A stretch of DNA of 62,966 bases, the filler included, from Salisapilia sapeloensis CBS 127946 (Eukaryota > Protista > Oomycota): NCBI GenBank assembly GCA_023334545.1. It is 9 parts of 9 records of this genome, joined end to end, with 100 filler letters (N's around TTAATTAATTAA, not from the genome) between each part and the next. Parts side by side here need not be neighbours in the genome. Positions count along the whole stretch, not along the records: positions 50,554 to 60,955 come from JAADVB010000444.1; positions 61,056 to 62,966 come from JAADVB010001011.1; 7 more parts are not named here. One strand, written 5' to 3'. Made by a program: the position numbers and the translations under genes. The notes below the pieces were generated by a model that was given only the letters and a program-made list of their open reading frames with translations, made no database searches and was not told the DNA's origin. Shown here in pieces: positions 53,692 to 62,966 of the stretch; within the stretch, counting starts at the first letter, position 1, and every line of letters begins with the position of its first letter.

Positions 53692-53754
53692 TCTTGTTCG
53701 GCGAAGACGTTGTCGTGTGTTCGTTAAACACTATTTTAGCACACGACCAGAAAC

Positions 53755-54287
53755 ATGGGCAAGTGGACTCCGTTCGCCGCAGCGCTGCTGATGGCTGTCT
53801 TGGCTCTCTCTTGGCCGTACATTGAAGACCAACTGCGGGCAAGTGGCATGGGATGTCCGTGGCCGTTCAGCCAGCTAAAGTACCTTTCCGCCCCGGTGGA
53901 ACAACCGATACAGGCTGAGACGAGTGACCTCGCCAAGTTCACGGCGGAGGATCTGCTCAAGTATGACGGAAGTGACGAGGATCTGCCAATTCTACTATCC
54001 ATTGGCGGCAAAGTACGACAACTGCATCTTCATTTGTAAGGTGTGATTCTAAGCGATTGTTTATACAGGTGGTGGACGTGACGTCGGGAAAGCGATTCTA
54101 CGGGAAGAAGGGTCCTTACAAGCAGTTCGCTGGTCAAGTTTGCACTCGAGCGCTTGCGTTGGGCTCCCTTAGCGCTGAAGACGTGAGCGACGACACGAGC
54201 GACTTCACGCCGGAACAAAAGAAAGAATTAGACGAAATCAAAGCATTCTACTACGACAAGTACCCTGTGGTCGGTCAGCTCATCTAA
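53755..54287 (+). CDS. Cytochrome b5-like heme/steroid-binding protein (MAPR/neudesin-like), 2 exons
   Basis: FTAEDLLKYDGSDEDLPILLSIGGK/VVDVTSGKRFYGKKGPYKQFAG...YYDKYPVVGQL with an N-terminal hydrophobic helix. The intron runs GTACGA...TACAG. Confidence 0.92.
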
Positions 54288-54357
54288 GGAATACAAAAAC
54301 ATGGCACCGACGCCTTGGCTCACAATCGTTTAAGCTACGCAGCCACTTTGATATGGT

Positions 54358-57300
54358 TCACTCTAGCTCGTACGAGTATAATACTTCTTGCCCAAGTTCC
54401 TTGCGACAAACTTTCGCGACGTCCGTGCAAAGTGCTCGAAACCTCCCATTGGATTGTCGCGTCGGTGCTGCCGCAAGCAACATCCAAAGCTGAAAGACAT
54501 GCTCTCGGTCTTCTGTGGGTAGATGAATCAAGCCTAGCTCATCCCCTCTCGTCACGACCGCTTGGCGGAGTGTCATCACGAAGGATTCAAGCGCGTTGTA
54601 AGATTCGAGTAACGCGAAGAAGAGTCGTGCGACGACGTCCAGGAGCATGCTTGGGCTTTTAACGGACACAGCCGACAGAACTATATCGATCCAGCGTGCA
54701 CCTTGGTCTGCTGCGACGACACATTCGTCAATTTGAGTCATGAAAGCTGCGAGCTTTCCTTCCCGCTCGCTCACAAAGTAGGTGAGAAACGTCACAACGG
54801 AAGTGGTCGACAGTCTTTCCTGGTTGCCAACGCACATTAATCCCAAGTCAATGGCTGTCTGCAGGTCTGACGATGCAAAGACGGCTCTGGGACAGAACAA
54901 GAGGCATCTGTAGAGAAAGTCGTAGTAGCACCGCAATAGCTCAGGCGAATCCTCGAGGGATCTTCCGTAAAAGTGCTGGAACGCCGTTTGGCTTAAACCA
55001 TGGATGAGTGAGCCAATTGTCTGTTCCATGTCGCTATGGTCATTAGTTAGCTTCCCGAAGACGTCCACCAGCGTGCTAGCACATTCAACAGGAGCAATAT
55101 AATGGAAGTGGCCGAAGACATGTACGATCTGAGGCGCAATCACCGGTAGTTGGCTCGACAGACTCTGTCGCAAAGTACGAAAGCACCAGCTATAGAGCTG
55201 GAAGAGCGCATCGACGACATCTGCGGTGTCCGTGAGCTTCTGGGAAATTGGTTCCAGCAACGGCCACATCGATTGCACGGCCAACAAGGTGACATTGGTG
55301 CCCCCGGCGATATCCGACGGAGCGTCCAGGAAACGGATGACCGTCCCAAGCACTCGGAGCTCGTTCGTGACAAGGATGTCTGCACCTTCAGTCCGTGCAA
55401 TCTGTCCGTCGAGCACTTGCTGTATGCGGTCGATCGAGATGGCCAGTACGTTTTGTAAGATGATGGAGCAGTTGGGGGATACTGCAGCTACACGAATGAG
55501 ACCTTCGACAACAAGCATACGGCTTGCAGAAATTCGACTTTCTAGACCAAAGTGACGCAAGGTGCTTGTGAGCATCTCTGGATTCATTTTAGATGTTGCA
55601 TCCGAGCATTTGGTTACGACATGCATGAAACTCTTTGCAGCTGCATACTGACTTTTTTCGTACGTCATTGCTCGGTCTAGATACTCTAAGACAGAAGTGA
55701 TGACATCCACGGCTTTAGACGAGGTCACGAGGGTCTTTAACCACGCACTAAGCTGCCCCAGGAGTGCAGATGTTGTTGACAGCAGCAGCGCATTGTCAAC
55801 GCGCCAATTCATGACGGCAGTCAGCACTTGGGTCACTAGCACCTCAAGCGGCTCGCCTTGTTGGCAGCTCTCTAACCGAGAGCACACCTCCTTTCCTGTG
55901 GCGCACAAGGCGAAAACAGCCGACTCGGTGGCAGACCAGCTTCGACCGACACTTGAGTTCACAACATCCAAAATATATTGGACATACTTTTCCTTGAGCA
56001 GCGCAAATATGCTAAAGAGAACATCCTGAAGACCAGACGCTTCGCTTCGATACGCTTCCAAGTCGTCGACATCCATGTCATCCATCTGGCCTGCGTCCTC
56101 TGGATACGAGCACTGGCGTAGAAGGACGTAGAGCAGTCTGGTAAAGGCATCTTCTCTGTAGAAAACGTGTCTGTCGGCAACGGGCCCTTCTTGCGCCGAA
56201 AGCCAAAAGTCCAGCGTTAAGGACGCAATTCGACGACGAGGCTGGGCTGACAACGACAGCATGATGTTTCCGAGACCGACACTGAGTGATTCTGGCGCTG
56301 ACCCCTCAACGACCCATTCGACGAAGCAATCTGTGAATTCGGTGATGAGGCTTGTGAGTGCGTGCATCACTTCTTCGTCGTCGGTATTTATGGCTGTCTC
56401 ACAGGCAGGCGTAAGCTGCAATAGGCGCTCTGCAACGAACACTTGTGCGTCCTCTTGATGGAGCGACGGAGGGTACTCGCTAACAGAGAACATTGCAGTT
56501 AGTGCATTTGCCACGAGAGGGAGCTGATGCGCATTTGGATCACGCATCCAGTCAAGCAACGCAGAAAGTAGGTCCTGCTGGTCCGTGAAGATCGTCCCAA
56601 GAGACAGAGCCGATCGCGAGACCCACGTTTCAAGGCAGAGCAAAGCTTCAGTACGTAGCTCGACCGACAGATCGCCAGTCTGTAGTGCGCGTGATATGAT
56701 CGAAATAATATCTAGACTGCAAGACCTCAGGTACATTTCGTTGGTTTCGCGAGTGGCGTACGGCATGTCGCATTCGTCAAGCTGCTCATACAGATGTCTT
56801 GAAAAGGACAAGAAGAACAAGACCTTCGTGTCAGCTCCTGTCTGTGCATTAACCCGAGCTAGATGAAGCTGCGTCTTACACTTGTCAATCGACGATAATG
56901 ACATTGCTGCCAGCATGGACGTCGCTATGCGAAAGAGCGTCGTATCAAAGGGTCGTGTCCCACTTTCCATTGCAGCAAGAAAGGAGCCTACTGCAGCATA
57001 GATGGACTCTGCTCTATCGTCAGACACTTTTATCCATTCCTTCCGGATCTATTTCACGTACATCATTTCCCATACTGTTTAAAGGGTTATGTCCACCATG
57101 CAAAAACTGCCACACCTTTTTGTGAAGTATATTGGCTGCGAAGAAAACGACTTGAGGCTGTAGATTTAATGACGTGTCACTGAGTAGATGAGATGCAATT
57201 TCCCACGATTCCTATCTTTGCGTTAAACGCATGACGGAAATGAAGTAAATGAGATAGAAGGCATCGACGCCACTGCAAAACACATAAGCGCTCTTCGTAC

Positions 57301-57493
57301 CTCTGAACTCGCAAAAGCGACCAGGTATTCATTAATTTCCCGCTGCCGAACGGTATCGGGCGTCTACGGATAGCAAATAAGCTACTATCGCGGTATTGGG
57401 AGATAATATTACGAAAAGTGAAGTCTAGACAGGGAGACGTACGCTAGTGTATAGAGCTTGAATAGCACTCAAGACAGTGTCGAGAGAATTCAT
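54358..57493 (-). CDS. Importin-beta family karyopherin (transportin-3/importin-13-like), 4 exons
   Basis: Three short upstream exons give MNSLDTVLSAIQALYTS/...REINEYLVAFASSE/ESWEIASHLL...FFAANILHKK/IRKEW, joining the 889-aa HEAT-repeat ORF (e.g. SLTLDFW, WSATESAVFAL). Confidence 0.85.
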
Positions 57494-59401
57494 CGGGGAG
57501 GTCGATTATGGCACAAACGGACGCACCAGTGCCGCGGTCTCCTGTTCCACTAATCTGGTCTTGTGATGTCCAAAAATGACGTATATTTAGTGAGCTCTAT
57601 TCTGCAACTCTTGTTTTCGGAGCCTGCCGGTGATAGATCGATCCATCGTTTGCTTTTGTAGATGGCTCGCCCTTTACTACATCAGGCGATAAAACGTCCG
57701 GTGAAAGCGTTTTCCAAGGTTCATTTAAAAGAGTTTTGGTCAGGGGTAATTGCAAAAGTAGTTTCGGAAAGGACGTTGAAGATACCTGTACGTGCGTTTA
57801 TCTTGTGTCGACTCCAAGCAAAGGTGCGTTCAGTACCAAGTAAAACGTTCATTTGATGTTCATCAACAACTCGGTCATTTAGACGAAAGAAGAGACTTTC
57901 GTTGTGTGTAGGATCGACTGCCGGAATAAATGAGACCATCTGTAGATAGGATGTGAAAGGCGATGGTCGTCCAGAATCTTGTATCTAAAACCATTCGGAA
58001 ACCCAGAAAACCCAATCATGTATTCGTAAAGTATACAATTGTTAAAAAGAGCATGCCGAAGTAGCATGTCCATCCAGTAAGCTAGCGGAGGCGATTGCAA
58101 AAGTATACGAGTATAAATGTAACATATTTGTAAAGAACATTTAATCGGAAGTGCGGGCACGGCAAGATGAAATTAGTTAAAGTCAAGATCTAGTTTTTTG
58201 AAGAAACATCTACTCTTGCTGGCGTTAAAATATAGGTATTGCAGGTGAATGACCTTCAAAGGCATGTTTATTATATTTTAAAAGACCGTACAGAATTCAA
58301 TCCTACAGTACATGTTCGTCCAGCGTAGTACGCATTGCTCAGTGTCAGACGCGCGACCTATCTTACTATATTGAGCACACTACCACATGCACTTGCACGT
58401 AAAAGCAAACGCAAACGCACGGATTGAATTAAAGCGAAATTCCAGGAAACTCATGTTAACGCTGTTTAGAACTATAGGTTTTTTGTGCGATAAGCACGGT
58501 CTATTTCATAGCATTATTACCTAGGTCTAGATGAATATGAATGTCAATAGCCAAAGAAGAGCTTCTGGAGACAGAAAGTTCTCGGAACAGGAGAAAGCCA
58601 GACGTTAGCTTGCTTGAAGTGGTTCGGGTGGACCTAAAGGGCCGAACTTGTACCATTGGCGCGTATTCTCCGGTAAGTGAGTCATTATGTTTGCAATTTC
58701 GCATCGGGAAGTCATTCCATACTTTTAGAAACTACGTTGAGTGTCTACTGCGATATTAACGGCCTGGTAGGCCATCTTATTGAATGCTCGTAGATGATAC
58801 AACTGTACGTTACTTCGTATAATTATGCACAATCATTTGGTAGCAGAGTTGTTTTATTGCCTTAATCTCCCGACAAGACAAAGCCTGAATTCATGTGATG
58901 GTAAAGACCACATTACATCCCAGTCTACATAAGCATAGAAATTATGAACAGAAAACGTTTATATTTTGTCTTGCAAAATAAATCAGGTCTATGATGTCCA
59001 ACGCCGCACATGCAAACAGTATGCTTTGTTGTTGATTTCGTGAAGATGAAGTTCATAGCTTATTTAGGGCGAATGTTGTGTTGGTTATTGAGAATTTTAT
59101 ATACTTCTGGATGAACTACCTACTTCACAAAGTTTCCAAAAGATGTGTTCCGCATCCAACGTCTTCAACGATGACCGATGTTTGACTTTCTTACCTAAAA
59201 GAGTTGCTCCACTTCACAAATATATAGTAATATCTAACTTGGCATCTCTACTTCATCGAAATGATAATCTTGCCGCTCAATAAGACGTAAAAGATATTAC
59301 ATGATACGGTTGGCACTATGAAGATTAGCAATTGACGTACAGAGAGAACGAGTTTTAAATTGTAAAAAATATATGTATTAAATGAAAAACAATGAATTGA
59401 C

Positions 59402-60955
59402 CTAGGCATGTGCTTCGAGTATAGCTCGCATCCAAGTATCTGCCGCAGCGCAGATGTAAAGGTAGCTAGAGTCGTACTTGAAGGTACCTTTCACACACGG
59501 CGAACCAGCTGATGGAGAACTCGAACTGCCGTCCAGAACGAGATCACCTCCAGTGGTAATAAGCGATGGGGAAGACAAAGTCAAAGAAGTTGCCCCTGAA
59601 TGCACGATAGAAGCTGCATCTGCGGTGAGTTCGATGCTTCCTGACGAAATAATTTGGCCAGTCGAAGCTGTGACGTAAAATACGTTCGTCGATCCATCAG
59701 AAGTCAAACGCAAGTCTTGTGAATCCACGTGCAAACTTCCCCCACTCACTGTCGTAGATGTTCCTGTCAATGAAAGGGTCGTCGCTGAAGTCAGCTCCAT
59801 CGACGACGTGGTAGATGTAAGTGAGACGGCTGCACTACTTCCACTCAGTGTACTGCTCGAGACCGCAAGCAAGTTGGTATTCGCAGCAGATTGCACGTAT
59901 ACGCTACCTTCCGTAAAACCTGAACCAATTTGAAGGTTTACAGATCCACCAGATCCAGTACTCCCGTCACCATTACCAGCTTGAATGTTGATGTCACCTC
60001 CTGAAGCGACTCCATCGCCAGCTTTGAGAGATAAAACCCCACCGCCACCGCTAGACGCAGTAGTTGTACCCGCCTGCAAAGAAAGTATTCCACCATCTCC
60101 ACTGTCACCAGAGCCCACTGCCAACGCTAAATTGCCACCGCTTCCACCTGTAGATGCTCCAGTCCTAATGTCAATGGCACCACTGTCTGCACTCGATGAA
60201 GAGTCTGTTGTCATGCTCACTAGTCCACTCGAGTATGAAGATGCACCAGCACCAGATGTAATGATAAGGTCACCTCCAGCAGCTCCATTGCTTTGTCCAC
60301 CAAGAACTTGGACTTGCCCACCTGATGCACTTCCACCACTTCCACCGGCGATAGAAACAAGCCCTCCAGAAGTAGATCCATCACCGCCGTACACACTCGA
60401 TGTACCGCCTGTACCACCGGATGTAGTACCAGCAACGATGGCGATTTCTCCTCCATTTGCTGCATCTCCAGATCCAACATTAAGCGTAATATCTCCTCCT
60501 TTTCCACTAGACGCTCCACCCGTCGATACCAATATCGCTCCGCTACTTCCAGAGGTCGAAACGCCCGAAGAAATCTGCACCACTCCACTTTCGAGCGTAT
60601 TCGAAGACGAGGTTGCTAACGTTAACCTACCACTAGAGCCCGACGTGCTAGCTCCACTCACTAAATCAACAGATCCACCGACACCACCTGATGCAGCCCC
60701 ACCAGCAACTAAAGTCGTACCTCCAACTTCTCCTAAACCGGACACAAGAGACATACCTCCACCTGTACCTCCTGACGAATCTCCCCCCATGAGAGCCACA
60801 CTACCGCCACTGCCGCTCGTACCGTCCGTCGTCGAACCAGCCGTCACGTTTACCGCTCCGCCAGACCCAGTGTCGCCACTGCCCACCGACACAGAAATGT
60901 CGCCGCCAGCACCGCCCGTCGATGCGCCAGACGTCAGGCCGATCGATCCACTCGA
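59402..60955 (-). CDS. Gly/Ser-rich repetitive fibre-like protein, C-terminal 518 codons (5' truncated)
   Basis: The frame is open to the contig edge. Units of about 14-15 aa (GGxhxhxAG) lead to the C-terminal motif PSAGSPCVKGTFKYDSSYLYICAAADTWMRAILEAHA*. Confidence 0.85.
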   Translation of the reverse strand, partial: SSGSIGLTSGASTGGAGGDISVSVGSGDTGSGGAVNVTAGSTTDGTSGSGGSVALMGGDSSGGTGGGMSLVSGLGEVGGTTLVAGGAASGGVGGSVDLVSGASTSGSSGRLTLATSSSNTLESGVVQISSGVSTSGSSGAILVSTGGASSGKGGDITLNVGSGDAANGGEIAIVAGTTSGGTGGTSSVYGGDGSTSGGLVSIAGGSGGSASGGQVQVLGGQSNGAAGGDLIITSGAGASSYSSGLVSMTTDSSSSADSGAIDIRTGASTGGSGGNLALAVGSGDSGDGGILSLQAGTTTASSGGGGVLSLKAGDGVASGGDINIQAGNGDGSTGSGGSVNLQIGSGFTEGSVYVQSAANTNLLAVSSSTLSGSSAAVSLTSTTSSMELTSATTLSLTGTSTTVSGGSLHVDSQDLRLTSDGSTNVFYVTASTGQIISSGSIELTADAASIVHSGATSLTLSSPSLITTGGDLVLDGSSSSPSAGSPCVKGTFKYDSSYLYICAAADTWMRAILEAHA

Positions 60956-61055
60956 NNNNNNNNNNNNNNNNNNNNNNNNNNNNNNNNNNNNNNNNNNNNT
61001 TAATTAATTAANNNNNNNNNNNNNNNNNNNNNNNNNNNNNNNNNNNNNNNNNNNN

Positions 61056-61168
61056 AAATGCCGTATCGCTTCATGTACAAGTATCATTGCGATGCGCTTG
61101 CAATCAGCCTTCTTCTCATCCGAGAGAGCGAAGCCTTCGTACGCGTCTGCTGTTCACTGCATTATCAA
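61056..61168 (-). pseudogene. 5' end of a START-FYVE family paralog with a nonsense codon
   Basis: L/M-I-M-Q-*-TADAYEGFALSDEKKADCKRIAMILVHEAIRH aligns with MTIQWTADTYEGSSLSETKKADYKRVVRTLLHDALQY at 41441. The Trp codon is replaced by TGA at 61156-61154. Confidence 0.75.
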
Positions 61169-62966
61169 GGTTTTACAGATAGCTCAAGCGTGCAAATTTG
61201 GGAATGACACGAAGGAGCGCTACTTATTAATTAGGTGGAGACCATACAACGGGAAACATTTCTGGCGTGCTCGGCAGATTACCCTCTGTCGCGTTTGGCT
61301 TGGCTTGCGCGAGATGGGGAACATAGCTGGAAGAGAAAAGTGGTCAATGTTGCTGAAATTCGTAAGTTTGTGAAGGTTCAATCGCAATTCTATTCTCTAT
61401 CTGCGAAATGAACGCCTATGCAAGCGATATCCGCTCTTGTTCCTATGAAGATAGCGTTGTTTGAGTTGATTATTCTACTTTGCATTTTTGTGACAAAGAG
61501 GTATATGTTTTATTCTACTTTACATCTACCTTCAAGATCTAACAAAACTGAGTTCAACTGATTAAAAGAACATAAATATGACGTCAGTCAAATGCAGAAA
61601 TAGCAGGATAGAAGGTGCGATAAATGATTGCACTAGGTGACGAGCAAACGTCCTACCATGCCAATCACTTGATACTCTCTTGGTCTCTGATTGCAGCCAC
61701 TTTTGCAGTTTTCGAGGTTAGTAAAAACGCTTCTCATCTTCCTTGTAGTGACTGCTGATAATAGTAGACCCAGACGTCGAGTATACGATTTACATCATGC
61801 CGGTCACTGCGCGCTCTCCTCTTCAATTGCGACCGTCTTTGTAACTTTCGAGGGAAATGAAGTCGAGGCAAAATGACAAAATGGGAGTAAATAGTGGTAT
61901 CTTGATCTAGGTTACTGGTAATGTAGCTTTTTCAGATCCAGTGGAAATCTAAAGCTTCCACTTCCAGACTCCAGAGAGCTTAATATAAGTACTCTTTGTC
62001 ACAAAAAAGAAAATCTAAAGCCAGAGCACTTCGGGCACTCACGGAATTCGAAGTGAGAAAGCATGTACTGAAAGCACATCAAAAAGCAATGTTAAGGATA
62101 GTGCTAGATAGTCCCTCAAGCGCATGATGAAAATGCGAATGGGATCGAAGACCTACCCGTACATGTGGCGAGGTGCTTGGTATGCTTCAAACTGAGCAAT
62201 CTAATCAAAATCTACATCAATTACAGAAAATCGAGTGGCTCCTCACTGCAATAAAACATTTCATTTTTACGACACAAAACTTGTGCTCCATTAGGCTGTA
62301 CACCAGCATGTCGAAGTGTTGTGATTTGAGATCGGGTCCTTGGAAATGGCAATTGGTATAAACACAGGATAACTCACCTTTATCTTTGGTTGCCGAGAAG
62401 AAGAGGCCGTCCACGTAGATAACACGCATCGGCTCTTGACATGAAGTCACTCAGTATTCTCGCTTTGCTGTGTTAATGCCACTTTCGGCTTAGGAAGTAA
62501 GGCACATAGATGTCAAGTTACTTATGATGTCTAATGTCCGTCCCGAGCATACGCTAGTCGCATGCTCGCCTACAGGCCCAGCCGTGCCCCCAAAGGTCTT
62601 GACCTATGGTCTATACGTAGACTAAATTCTATGTGTCCGTAAGCTCCATCCAACGCCCAATTTTTGACATCATGTGGTACACTTTCGGCTTAAGCATTGA
62701 ACAATCGACGATTAATTTAAAATAGTCTGACAGCACCCCACCGCTCGTTGTCAGATTAAAATTCTACTTCTGCTTCTGTGGCTATATTTTAATTTTTGTC
62801 CGAGGTATGTTACAATACCTACCACGACGTACTTGGCACACGACAGGGGGTAATCTGCCGAGCACGCCAGAAATGTTTCCCGTTGTATGGTCTCCACCTA
62901 ATTAATAAGTAGCGCTCCTTCGTGTCATTCCCAAATTTGCACGCTTGAGCTATCTGTAAAACCTTG
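61166..62966. repeat. Long inverted repeat: 61166-61291 versus 62841-62966 (one mismatch), right arm cut by the window edge
   Basis: Direct comparison gives 119 bp of perfect identity, one mismatch, then 6 further matches. Confidence 0.95.

Overview
This is eukaryotic nuclear DNA, almost certainly from an oomycete. The evidence is GT-AG introns with CTRAC branch points, an oomycete Inr/FPR promoter motif, and oomycete-type gene families (thaumatin/OPEL-like, LRR-RLK, START-FYVE, GIN/DUF2807). It is not a continuous locus. Nine contigs are joined by an artificial 100-bp linker (44 N + TTAATTAATTAA + 44 N), and two pairs of contig ends share exactly 141 bp, which suggests a k=141 de Bruijn assembly. 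Housekeeping genes include MetE, a SUZ12 homolog, a CEP192-like protein, a short MAD1, PP1 inhibitor-3, thioredoxin, an SLC25 carrier, an importin-beta, a MAPR cytochrome b5-like protein and a copine tail. They sit among ankyrin proteins and several pseudogenes (dynactin p62, an LRR-TM protein, a GIN paralog, a START paralog). The strongest discovery candidate is a 5'-truncated ORF at 25798-26270. It encodes an apparently intact domain resembling the SsdA-type (bacterial toxin family) ssDNA cytosine deaminase, has no immunity gene beside it, and lies next to two genes decayed by stops compatible with C-to-T mutation. Other highlights are two inverted gene duplications (thiE copies bracketing about 14.4 kb, and START paralogs at the window end), a Gly/Ser-rich fibre-like protein with a phage-fibre-like C-terminal motif, and an LRR receptor pseudokinase. 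All family assignments come from motif recognition by eye; no searches were run.
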